Assembly (NCBI GenBank): GCA_902800625.1
Contig: CADCFG010000004.1
Location: forward strand, 52,816-116,815
Source: an uncultured Eubacteriales bacterium
GTDB taxonomy: Bacteria; Bacillota; Clostridia; Christensenellales; Aristaeellaceae
Length of the DNA: 64,000 bases
Direction of reading: 5' to 3'
Positions within the stretch are counted from its first letter, which is position 1; the number at the start of each line of letters is the position of its first letter. A model generated the notes under the pieces. That model ran no database searches. It saw only the letters and a list, made by a program, of their open reading frames with translations, and had not been told where the DNA came from. This document shows, in pieces, positions 31,701 to 35,582 of this stretch. A program made the position numbers and the translations under genes.

Positions 31701-33758
31701 TGGGACGAGGTGGTCTGCAAGATCACAGACAGAAACGGCACGCTCCTCTACATGAACGGCAGTCCCGCCGTCTATAGCTCTCTGAAGGATGGGTTTGAGG
31801 CCTATAATGCTGCCGGCACATATGATTTCACCTACCGCAGTGGCGGCAGAGCTACTGCGCGCAGAATCGAGATGCTGGTCGACGAGCATGAACTCGGCGC
31901 GGGGGTCGAGCTGAACCGAGGCAAGACCGTCATGTTGACGACCGCGCCCAAGAGCGACACGGACGGCTATGCGTACACAGGCGAAGACGGCACCGTGTGC
32001 GTCATCACGAGGGGCGAAGGCTGCACCGGCAGCATGATCACCAATCATTCCAACCTGACGCTGATGAATATCACCCTGGACGGTGACGGTCACAGGGATG
32101 GGCGCGACGATGACCTCGTTATCATCACCGACGGCGGCATCGTCAAAAACGCGCAGACCTCAGCCGTGCTGACGATCGCCGAAGGCGCGACGCTGCGCAA
32201 CTCCTTTGTGGAAGGAAACGGCGGCGCAGTCAATGCGATTGCCGGAACGACGGTTTATCTCACCGGCGGCACGATCAGCGGCAATAGCAGCGGCAAGACG
32301 GCCGGAACAGATGGCGGCAATGGCAATGGCGCGGGCATCTACCTTGCCAAGGGCAGCAGGCTCTATCTCTCCGGCGATCCGAGCTTTGGCGACAACTTCA
32401 GCGACGCGGAATTGCCTGAGAACGCCAAGAACGGCGGCGAGACATATTCAAAGGCACGACAGGACATCTATCTTGCCGGAGCCACGGGTGAGGGTGAAGC
32501 GCTGACGTCCATTACCCTGACCGACAATCTTCCCGACGACTATCCGGCAGGCTCGATCTGGGTATGGGCGGAAGGCAGTTACAACACTGAGCCCAACCAC
32601 TACTACATGCTCAAGCAGTTCGCCGTGGTTTCCTTCACCAAGCCCATCTCAGAGGCAACGTGCAAGGCTTTCAGGAACGCAAGGGCCGATGTGGACACGG
32701 ATTGCGGCGGAGATTACCTGACGGGCCAGACCGGGGATGACATCGGAACAACCAGGTGTCTCTACTGGACCGGCGGCTTCGACTTCGCCTTCCGGAAGAT
32801 CAACGGCCAGGGCGAAGCGTTGAACGACGCGACGTTCACGCTGTACACGTCCGCGAAGACCGATGATGGCAAGCTGCTGGTGCCGGCCATGAAGGATCCA
32901 AAGGGCACCCCGATCGTTGATCCTTACGCCCCGGACCTGAATGCTGACGAATGGAATGCTTACCAGCAGCAGAACAACGACGCCACGGGCACCTCGGCGT
33001 ATATCGCCGCGACAAACGCCGTGACCATCAAGGCGTTCGTCGCAGGGAATAAACCTGTGGACCGTGCTGTCTACGGCGATGGACTGGTGGTATTCGAAAA
33101 GATCCCGCCGGGAAATTACTTCATGGTGGAGACGACCAAGCCCAATACCTGGAATTCTCTCTTCGATGTGTACTGGGTTTACGTGGATGGCTCCGGATGG
33201 ATCAGCATTTCCGGCGTGAAAAAGGACGTTTCCGGCAAGTATCAGTGGCCGAACGCGACGGAGGATATCACTGTGCCTGCGGACAAGCCCACGGTCGACT
33301 TTACGAAGAAGGGTTCCGATGATAAGTATACAGTGGCCGCTTCTGGGAGTACGGGGACGCTGAAGATCTACAACATCATGAACGTCTCCACCCTGGAACG
33401 CAAGGTCATCCTCAAGAAGGTCAACAGTGGAAACGCGCCGCTGAAAGACGCGATGTTCACCGTGTACTACGCGGACAAGCAGACGGTGGTGAAGGTCAGC
33501 GCTAAGGACAGTTCCGGCAATATCACCACAAAAGAGCTGAAGGATCTGACTTCCGGCGCGACCGGCGTCTACTGGATCGGCATGCTGCCTTGCGGCACGT
33601 ATTACATCCACGAGACAAGCGTGCCCGACACCGTGAAGCAAAGCACGGATGGCTGGTGGTACACGCTGAAAGTGGAGATCAGCGACAGCAACGGCGGCAT
33701 TACGGTCAGCACGCAGCGCACCACGATCGAAGAACAACCGCAAAACGGCAATTCATAA
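13749..33758 (+). CDS. Giant (6,669 aa) secreted or surface multi-domain protein with no recognisable C-terminal anchor
   Basis: Single uninterrupted 20,010-nt ORF with an AGGAGG RBS. Signal-like N-terminus (RFSLAYFGRLMSCLLALSLILNSF). Acidic PT-rich linker. MBG-like repeats (KxYDG / KxYGEDDP) at ~15907-16385 and 18661-20150. Cna-B/SpaA-like domains at ~16790-18650, 28440-29270 and 32775-33755. Listeria/Bacteroides-type repeat (TLYAQW). Five parallel beta-helix modules rich in NGGAIY/GGGLY (Pmp/PbH1-like) turns. The C-terminus ...TTIEEQPQNGNS has no LPXTG tail, SLH domain or TM segment. Confidence 0.9.
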   Translation: MRHPTRNTNTYGARPRGGSRFSLAYFGRLMSCLLALSLILNSFTFTVEDFGVAIAQTADTAEYGADVLEEEEKAVEELQDVDLGLEEGNDQETADQDAYLFNAGYDSEFLFSRIMDDAKLPIKKVKDVEMISVMGSLDEQDPDSKQETGEALYVEPILNDKNEISDYSITALRFFEEAGLMVYTADDYYTVRLWRPDDAAKEMEKRAQQAQALPEETEEPVPEATAEPVYEIGAAWPERLGTVLESVGLPIKPTEVENVAVLGDGDGEPDPLTVEAVDGDYLISVTRDFDEARLALYLGEEVCVLTLINGIGAEPVEETEVDVPEEPEADPVDEAVEEPVKETEIDLPTEDETETTEEIDEVEEPTEELTEETEVELIAEPTAEPTEEPTVEPTEEPTAEPTEEPMLEPTEEPTAEPAPEPTEEPEADLVEEPTEAPTVEPTEEPTPEPTEEPTEVAYPAQHFTGSTVFVRVDVDAPEGAFPEGATMAVKPVWNSDTIADFTDAVSADNMEVDRCLVVDITFYDADGNEIEPLAPVAVEMSMAARMNEEQEALVAHMDDTGAVELMEQTEVAESTGSRVAMSVEIGTEQTEVEYKQTEVGDADETTVAFDADGFSMYALMLARYTVDFHWGDYIYNIEGEGEITLSSLLEKLGVTEITSADVANVTFSNPEYIAIEQLDSDWLLRSLAPFSTEEALTLTLQNGQSVEIKVTDEQQEEPAPTPVTNLVYNGQPQALVTNVEGGTYLYALVENGETAPENNVSWNTTVPSATDAGTYYVWYKADGSDAAAQCVTAAIARMPLTITADSAEKAYDGSPLTKDTYTYTKPAEGDTMQSVTISGSQEHMGSSDNVPSAAVINNTSNEDVTANYDITYVNGTLTVTWPENMVAKELTAFNGNLATYTITVNPAGDVMTGGQNYIVKDTFSRNQSINYGSVTVSPEENVTYDFSEQTGTYTIPDGAKVTITYTTRVAGQVGKPANFYNTAVVGSMGDSGFVPGPTATVNETRTISPTGTDISGTGGVYSIDLFAYADGHMERGLSGAEFRLLDSNMRPMHYLAGENAGKEIKFTTGEDGTVTIRLNHESDGLAIQKNTVYFLEMATAPYEEINGENVYYQKDDTFYSFLITDEPSYKYGDIYSYFNGDVLKVRCYPEAEGINVTKRFSGNYTLTDEQKNAITFTLQKEAQYTASGWVDVESHTYADFSYGSINFNTGRKGGTELEDFATYRIIEEHARPEALADTIDENVSVTVSYQQGGKRVTENSNEFTVDPDEKLAFSYDFAFTNEYVDHKLTLIKIDENTGAPIPGAIFSVYTADNTETTVATYTTGKDGSITIRRSDEGAGYAPDTLYYVVESKAPEGYVLPADPEKIYFYFSENGGGVPAGLPSGKTATDLTTSYNTVTLPNSSASVNVPVTAVWGVGTENISKVVVGLYKSVGGATAEKVLDNNSEALTLELTKEKYYDTTTFVNLPAQEDGKNIVYSVVVKGVFAPDDADITTQFAQSVSVSGTGWYVVKNEPAVSVVVQKQWFEQDGTTPVSDTSGRAAVTFDLYRTTTEAEGNFNRAELVAFLADAEKVRTGLTLSKESWSTTIDSLQSKDRQDNTYYYYALENPIPDNQEDSYLVAPAVDSAPRTLTIKNTQTPVTVTIKAGDLTKTYGDEDPKYPLTASVMQDEASAVITGPDASGHYTATVTDPQSESKTIKFTVSRDEGENVGAYTITPTGEASQAGYRVLFETGKLTISSAEVTITAGASKVYGEDDPALVTVTGLKNNETAGSGDSDTVKYTVSREEGEDVGDYPITLTGESDQGNYRVTYDSSNAVFRIGRAQATVTANAASKVYGEDDPELTATVTGLQRGDEASVLNYELTREAGENVGTYSITSAGEAEQGNYTVTYAPAEFTITPAALTVKVVNTEKTYGDEDPEWEVEIDGLYRDEEGGTLNSVLDEATGVRTYTYTLSEGDEAVSLLTFTITRTAGESVGNYPLTPTGAETQGNYTLTFEPGTLSIERAELFVTADHVVKAVGVETDPLLTATVTGWKNGDDPLEDTTLFSTETDENGTVTRTYKRGSGAAEVTFLVISSVGADGTVTWTYKRGDTALLTFTLKRDASEEEGEYPITVSGGQNQSNYSVEYEQGSFGILSILDVDVKQPVIDYADTDAAPSYTYTAKLDLTGTGLVEYEKNGFTRVDGVPTLTFTLPDENKADTMTLKVPGGAKLTVEQTSTNDDYDTALSLDGNPYTNPNNAALCILEHVDTYHEMAFTHSRISYPVEARVSETQSEEGAKKLEGRKGAMGIPTGDELTRAIDADFADDMHSKIGYVLPTDKYYMYDHASLYTAAGEAIEGASHVSAIKYDRENAKWQYKVGEGDFVDAPENAQLVLFYLPKFVCKIGTEKFYSLRAAVDYVVNNAETNGTTATIEMLIGDYTIRSSNDAVTIPEGYTITITTAQTEYEGEGTAVISRSMNYTAGHLFYNDGRLTFDNIILDGKNVQATDALVLNRDANSVLTVNAGATMQNAKGVNGGAIYVKNGTVTVNGTLTNNEATNGGGAVYVKAGTFTIGASGKLSGNSAMTGGAVYVDDGTVNIVGTIGGTGAESNTATIGGAVYINKGTVSVTGSVIGNTAENGGAVYQVGGTLTVNGSMAQNTASVNGGAVYLSNGTLTNNGTIDGNSATGNGGAVYQVGGTLSNEGTISGNNASNGGGIYRVGGTLTVGGILSGNEADEEGGAIHSTNGTLNVNAAVTGNHAATGGAVYVSGATLNINGGSFSQNTATANGGAVYALNSTTRIGSADAEVTVENNTSEGNGGAVYMEGGSVTVENANSTLTGNSAINGGGIYATSGAITVDNGRLESNEATANGGAIYAESASVTVNGGVLGGTGKGNKANQGNGGAIYAGSGTVTVSDGTLSGNSAGRGESEDTTLGLGGAIYAGTGTVNYTGGAINGGNSAVNGAAIFVGSGIANVSASITGNTATNGGAIGVGGTSARLNFKGSAEVNNNTMNGAQSNVYLDVDSELVVNADSLNNGKKIGIYVPGDVNGDQVVKHGDVTGYFGAYVSAGTLANIPNVFKSDRFSDLKVAYENNRVYWISELKYDIYYLKNYTTSKFPPTSNYLTESTKVCSNKDYAPRTRTSDIYDLVMAMKLYEKHVTDFENKVDKTKYASLAVYAYTFSDKAMGNNFENYLKTIRWDGTARKWMYDKQDGTTAPADTTKLVIFYSAPAYLTIVNNNTSNLELDISGLTVLGKDATDGVYGFVTAKNGATVTTLRTLTADDLKLGVGDSIKLMFPGAQGQSFTIRGEFVGSGEGEIKYTFNGGAEQTISGTTVDLSSYSLNTNDEAAELVFGDALPICKIGNEPFSTLKAAMDYAVAQKAATGSNTYKIEMLVDYLVPKDDVLDIPDGYNITFTTADRDAETLPYTGNGTRATLSRDTGNSGSSVSATNSILTVDNLAFDGRSLTAGGKGGAISTTNCATVTITNSEFKGYRADNGGAIYVDNRNAGSSLTVEHCDFSNCQTNASVDKAGGGALWTTARELYVRNCTFDFCACLKGNAQAGSIFHNIRSGWASNSKTVISDCTFSNSYSVGGSGGTIETDALDVTIENCRFRGSYTNKSKGNGGAINALAGDTGASGSEGYIGTYNSDCWLTVRNCLFEECRAANSGNGGAIVSSMWYVTIENCKFDNCQSKYGGAIKMTNGNAKWLHINGSTFKNCTAADVGGGVHAAVPSIEIKKSNAGKFLDNTDNDGSTHFIDCVANRGGGIDNNKDGATVTMENVDFNRCAARSSNGGALYTKAQTLSITGDANTFTDCTGYGSGGAVYQLRNADKSSVTLENCTFTGCEANNNGNGGGLYANAMTLTVNYDTANDSAIEGAKGSFVNCTAANAGGGLYHDYAGTAKIANCGFEGCTAKTTTGGGLYTSAHTLKIIGVDSKFKNCTAQTDGGGLYHNRDANGSTLTFKDGSFESCTATGNYGGAIYTKVKGTVTLEGGTVKDSTAKAQGGGIYFANGNTASFDSCTITGNTVTNSDSKGGGVYVAGGTTTYKSGTVSGCSAAYGGGWYQNNGNLYILGGSISGSATVNGGGLYINDSKAWVRQYSGTVAGTAAGNGGGIYENAGNYTIGDATYEGTAYSGASVGTVTVDEGGSPVYTATAVNGGGIYQNTGTIYQNAGSRIVGQASANGGGLYVGGALQFNGGLITNCMASANGGGIYYASTTSDLNFYADADSKIQNCRAANGGGVYMNSAKTFHIGQKDQNSIGTIENCHATANGGGLYQTSGTCNLRNASIIQDCTAVANGGGVYHAGGTFNIYGTSRIEHCKAEDNGGGLYSAGGILTFEGGSIIRNMAEENGGGVYHAGGTFNMTSKGAVIGGSTENANTANVGAGVFVADGQTATFSDNSAKALEISYNHAVTAGGGIAVGGPNALLDFYYMVTVRHNTMGSQNAECNVYLDQNRNTVIKNKDLNVNAYIGVYTSDAQDAGHGVPGKPFATYNNTNNLNVYHNDRRPYLYGMKGSSNNEVIWPEFVCKINDGEGNLLYKDANGTPAVYSELENIGASGAFSALNTSATPDLYRLNEDGTYSKYTDEARDGYQVQMLVQEYALGSGRQIKLDQSVERKIVLTTASTDKDECGFGYTGDARFAATIKRTAPTSAMVFVGGGNQWELTLSNITLDGNEQAATQEGAILRIENKGTAILGDGATLQNGLTANKAGGAVYLNDTGCAFTMNAGSQIKDCSAGTSNGGAVAVNNGTFTMNGGSSITGCSAANGGGVYLNNSGRIVMNGGTITGNNATSQGGGIALVHGNSRATFSDYCIVTDNTLNGTTRCNVQFNQDNNLLINANGLDGRSEIGIYTAGLESNTGSIYYKHGLSGKPFGTWAVNEDNLFCFVNDRSTNLRGFQSAKETDTRIFWEYHPLLTVTKDVSSDLSADKNTAEFTFQVQLPAGSFDKNSTKYGDMTFNKTGLATVKLKAGQSATAILPDTFDKVAYDVTEVLSEDQSEDYTATAERNGTAYPFTEAKPLTVSGTLGENIGTENSTSLSEVVFTNTRATGDLTVSKQVISEVEDDKEESFAFTLTLKDTGISKTYKTIKKDAENNATEGTLTFTAGVSDAFSLKHGESLTIKGLPTDLEYTVEEKLTDAQKAQIRTQVSKNRSEPVYAVKQEGTIGEHSTTTTVEDEEKTVYASEVAFINNFLEIVCKITNRSRALLYYRDAAGNLQPAIFAHLEDAFDQINSGNLRTSSNGTVSGQLRIEMVVPQYTMERTATLNSGKTVLLSTALPSDADYPYNKGESDGDNISTVYRGFEKGGMIVDNGALTIDRIVLDGGGTSAATTANGGIVCVAGRVRLTVNSDAKLQNSVTSGNGGAIWLGSGASLTMNGTISNCSAASGGGVYASNGFTTITTTGTITGCKATSGDGGAIYASTGTSVNLNAGTALTGNTATGNGGAVYTGANLILRGSVGGIGTDEGNTADGNGGGIYMGEGTTFTMYAGSSVSGNTATNGGGLATLSTARIAGGTLQGNEANQKGGAVYATADAAVTISGAPVLTQNKAALGGAVYDGGTVTMTGGTMTGNTATEKGGAVYVEAGRRFTMSGGTIKDGNKSPEGAVSTAANATLAFSGNAVVSGNTDSDGTTAKNVYLGHDSNAIITSSGLGSSANIGVYVANGKPETSDSSDPNYRADHVNNPIYADHGVSGRDFGTYTGSNLSGAKLNKFVNDRDPSLTGMSGSVADGTQYIAWIGKGLELQVTQYLIQTDEDGNPVLDDDRNPVLSEKQVPVQNASFTFTRADGVQVWSGKSGKDGIVTIPWGGNETAGGNVASFVPGSVYRLDQTAAAEKTVLPAGHWKVTIGRDNSVTWEMVPVEGAVDRTLEIVLPEKAYLGETFGLKNDVKPTLTYNAMNGKLSDGRGERTDTIAFTTKETSHSYEIRETNPTRESHVFKAWATMDKKPEGEKDAELTEEELTAKGYFEYAREDNITFYRGTDSADPAVKYAQSISKGDMTLYAQWDEVVCKITDRNGTLLYMNGSPAVYSSLKDGFEAYNAAGTYDFTYRSGGRATARRIEMLVDEHELGAGVELNRGKTVMLTTAPKSDTDGYAYTGEDGTVCVITRGEGCTGSMITNHSNLTLMNITLDGDGHRDGRDDDLVIITDGGIVKNAQTSAVLTIAEGATLRNSFVEGNGGAVNAIAGTTVYLTGGTISGNSSGKTAGTDGGNGNGAGIYLAKGSRLYLSGDPSFGDNFSDAELPENAKNGGETYSKARQDIYLAGATGEGEALTSITLTDNLPDDYPAGSIWVWAEGSYNTEPNHYYMLKQFAVVSFTKPISEATCKAFRNARADVDTDCGGDYLTGQTGDDIGTTRCLYWTGGFDFAFRKINGQGEALNDATFTLYTSAKTDDGKLLVPAMKDPKGTPIVDPYAPDLNADEWNAYQQQNNDATGTSAYIAATNAVTIKAFVAGNKPVDRAVYGDGLVVFEKIPPGNYFMVETTKPNTWNSLFDVYWVYVDGSGWISISGVKKDVSGKYQWPNATEDITVPADKPTVDFTKKGSDDKYTVAASGSTGTLKIYNIMNVSTLERKVILKKVNSGNAPLKDAMFTVYYADKQTVVKVSAKDSSGNITTKELKDLTSGATGVYWIGMLPCGTYYIHETSVPDTVKQSTDGWWYTLKVEISDSNGGITVSTQRTTIEEQPQNGNS
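14687..15115 (+). repeat. Acidic Glu/Pro/Thr-rich linker with tandem EPTEEPT(A/V) units, inside the giant ORF
   Basis: ...AEPTAEPTEEPTVEPTEEPTAEPTEEPMLEPTEEPTAEPAPEPTEEPE...; imperfect tandem gagccgacc/gaacctacc units. Confidence 0.8.
16790..18650 (+). other. Block of Cna-B / SpaA (prealbumin-fold) type domains in the giant ORF
   Basis: GAEFRLLDSN...GEDGTVTIRL...YFLEMATAP; LTLIKIDENTGAPIPGAIFSVY...GKDGSITI...YYVVESKAPEGY; VPVTAVWG...VVVGLYK; VVVQKQW...VTFDLYR. Confidence 0.6.
18661..20150 (+). repeat. Array of about 6 MBG-type repeats (YGDEDP/YGEDDP ... GNY(R/T)VTY)
   Basis: LTKTYGDEDPKYP, ASKVYGEDDPALV, ASKVYGEDDPELT, TEKTYGDEDPEWE, each followed by ...GEN/DVG.Y.IT..GE..QGNY.V.Y.. Confidence 0.7.
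20889..22990 (+). other. Beta-helix module 1 of the giant ORF
   Basis: Opens FVCKIGTEKFYSLRAAVDYV...IEML...ITITTAQ...LTFDNIILDG. About 25 NGGA(I/V)Y turns. Closes SNVYLDVDSELVVN...KIGIYVPGD...RVYWIS. Confidence 0.7.
23763..27265 (+). other. Beta-helix module 2, the largest, with Cys-containing PbH1-type turns
   Basis: Opens ICKIGNEPFSTLKAAMDYA...IEML...ITFTTAD...LTVDNLAFDG. Repeated F.NC.A....GGG.Y turns. Closes CNVYLDQNRNTVIKN...YIGVYTSD...EVIWPE. Confidence 0.7.
27273..28435 (+). other. Beta-helix module 3
   Basis: Opens VCKINDGEGNLLY...VQMLVQEY...IVLTTAS...LTLSNITLDG. Closes CNVQFNQDNNLLIN...EIGIYTAG...RIFWEY. Confidence 0.65.
29280..30910 (+). other. Beta-helix module 4
   Basis: Opens VCKITNRSRALLYY...IEMVVPQY...VLLSTAL...LTIDRIVLDG. 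Closes KNVYLGHDSNAIIT...NIGVYVAN...QYIAWIG. Confidence 0.65.
31713..32775 (+). other. Beta-helix module 5, the shortest
   Basis: Opens VCKITDRNGTLLYM...IEMLVDEH...VMLTTAP...LTLMNITLDG. Closes QDIYLAG...SIWVWAE...RCLYWTG. Confidence 0.6.
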
Positions 33759-33913
33759 CCCTACAGCCTGCGACGTTATAAAAGAGCGTTGCGGGCCGAC
33801 CCGCAGGCGGAGCGGCATGGCTGTTCCGCCCGCATCATAAGACAGTACGGGCAATGGGGGAGCATCAAACAGATGGTTCCCTTCTGTCCTGTTCCATGAT
33901 TGCCAAAAAACTG

Positions 33914-33942
33914 TTGCGATAAACGCGGTTTTGTGGTATCAT
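33914..33942 (+). promoter_or_regulatory. Possible internal promoter ahead of the pilin genes
   Basis: TTGCGA (33914-33919), 17 nt, TATCAT (33937-33942). Weak -10, and no terminator seen upstream of it. Confidence 0.3.
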
Positions 33943-34014
33943 GCAATAAGGGTTCTTATGCCCATTGAGCCTGAAAAAGGCTGAACAATCGTGCGAGAGG
34001 GAGGTGACGGGCCC

Positions 34015-34638
34015 ATGATGAATATGAAGCGAAAGCTGCGCTCCAACCGGGGCGCGTCCATCACCTTCGCGCTGCTGATCTTCCTGGTCTGCGCCATCGT
34101 CAGCGGCGTGGTCATCGTGGCGGCCAGCACTGCCGGCGGCCGCATGAGCGGCATGAAGGAGACCGACCAGCGCTATTTCGCGGCAACCGCCGCGGCGCAC
34201 ACGCTGCAGGAGATATTTGATGGGCAAACAGTGGTTATCACTTATAACAAGATTGGCGACACTTACACGTTGGTCAGCGCAGTAAATAATAGTGATGGCT
34301 CTGCTATTACCGACGACATTTTAAAGAACGCCTGTTGGGCGGTAGTCACTGACGCAAATTACGAGAAGAAGTCCTGGTCTGCTGCCAACGTGGTGTCGGA
34401 TACGGAGGTTTATACATGTACCGTCGAACAGCAACCTACAAAAGGTACGCTGGAATTCATCATAAGTGCTGTAGGTGGATCGAATCTTAATAAGGGGACG
34501 TATACATTGGATATTCTGTTTACGCCAAACCTGAAAAGACCAGAAACAGGAAAAAGCCTTTCTAATGTAAAAGCAATCGTCACATGGTCGCTGAACAGCC
34601 TCTCCAGGGGACAGGCAAGTCAGAAAACAGGAGGCTGA
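34015..34638 (+). CDS. Pilin-like protein lacking Glu5 (PilX/minor-pilin-like N-terminus)
   Basis: Start trimmed to MMNMKRKLRSNRG/ASITFALLIFLVCAIVSGVVIV (GAGGGAGG RBS): basic leader, Gly, ~20-aa hydrophobic helix. The 3' two-thirds is visibly AT-rich. Confidence 0.65.
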   Translation: MMNMKRKLRSNRGASITFALLIFLVCAIVSGVVIVAASTAGGRMSGMKETDQRYFAATAAAHTLQEIFDGQTVVITYNKIGDTYTLVSAVNNSDGSAITDDILKNACWAVVTDANYEKKSWSAANVVSDTEVYTCTVEQQPTKGTLEFIISAVGGSNLNKGTYTLDILFTPNLKRPETGKSLSNVKAIVTWSLNSLSRGQASQKTGG

Positions 34639-34645
34639 TGAAGCA

Positions 34646-34876
34646 ATGATGAAGAAAATCAAAGCCAAGTTACGCGGCAGGGCGGGGGAATCCATCGCTG
34701 AGACGCTGATCGCCACGCTGATCGCCGCGCTGGCGCTGGTGATGCTGGCGGGGGCCGTCGCTTCCGCCGCGCGGATCATCACCACCAGCCGGAAGGCGAT
34801 AGAGGAATATCAGTCAGAAGCCGGGAACATTGAGGGACAATGGCAGACGTTGATGAGCGACACCCTGAACCCGTAG
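34646..34876 (+). CDS. Very short (76 aa) prepilin-type protein
   Basis: MMKKIKAKLRGRAG/ESIAETLIATLIAALALVMLAG: class-III-like leader with Glu at +5. AGGAGG RBS. Confidence 0.55.
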   Translation: MMKKIKAKLRGRAGESIAETLIATLIAALALVMLAGAVASAARIITTSRKAIEEYQSEAGNIEGQWQTLMSDTLNP

Positions 34877-34923
34877 GTCAAACCGTAGAATAGAAGTATT
34901 ATGATATAGCGAGGTGAAGCACC

Positions 34924-35523
34924 ATGAAAGCCAGAAAAAAACTGAATAGCCGCGCCGGCTTCACGCTGGCGGAGACGCTGCTGGCGGTGCTGATCCTGCT
35001 GCTGGTTTCCACGATCGTGGCCACGGGCATGCCCGTGGCGCGGACGGCTTATGAAAAGGTGGTGCTGACCAGCAACGCCGAGACGCTGCTCACCACGGCA
35101 GTCTCCGCCCTGCGCAACGAACTGGGCACGGCCTGGAAGGTGGAACAGCCGTCCAATAATCATGTGACATATTTCAGTGCATCTACCGGTACACGGGCAG
35201 AGTTGTATTTGGATGGAGAAAACAAAATCAAGATTTTAGATTATGCCGGGGCAACCAGCCTGGATGCTCTGCTGGGCACCAACCAGAACAAGGCCGCGAC
35301 CACGGCCCGCGACCTGGTGTTCCAGTCCGACATCGACCGGCTGGGCAAGCTGACACTGAAGGCCGGGAGCATCACGCTGGACAAGGCCACCGGGAAAGTG
35401 AGGATCAGCGGCATGAAGGTGTTCAGCGCCAGCAATGTGGAGCTGGCTTCGCTGGGTGATTCCTCGGATGATTCCTCGGATGATTCATTGGTAATTTCCG
35501 TGTTCTCCTGCGAAGGTGCCTGA
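34924..35523 (+). CDS. Type IV prepilin (199 aa), canonical G/FTLAE N-terminus
   Basis: MKARKKLNSRAG/FTLAETLLAVLILLLVSTIV. The C-terminus carries SSDDSSDDS. Confidence 0.8.
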   Translation: MKARKKLNSRAGFTLAETLLAVLILLLVSTIVATGMPVARTAYEKVVLTSNAETLLTTAVSALRNELGTAWKVEQPSNNHVTYFSASTGTRAELYLDGENKIKILDYAGATSLDALLGTNQNKAATTARDLVFQSDIDRLGKLTLKAGSITLDKATGKVRISGMKVFSASNVELASLGDSSDDSSDDSLVISVFSCEGA

Positions 35524-35582
35524 CGGGCGGCGGAAAACTGCGCATAAATGATCGAATTCGACCGAACAATGGCGGTGGATAT

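Noticed and set aside
13749-33758. Giant ORF as an NRPS/PKS megasynthase
   Set aside because: It has no adenylation, condensation, KS, AT or carrier-protein motifs. The content is adhesin-type (MBG, Cna-B, Gly-rich beta-helix turns) and it has an N-terminal signal-like segment.
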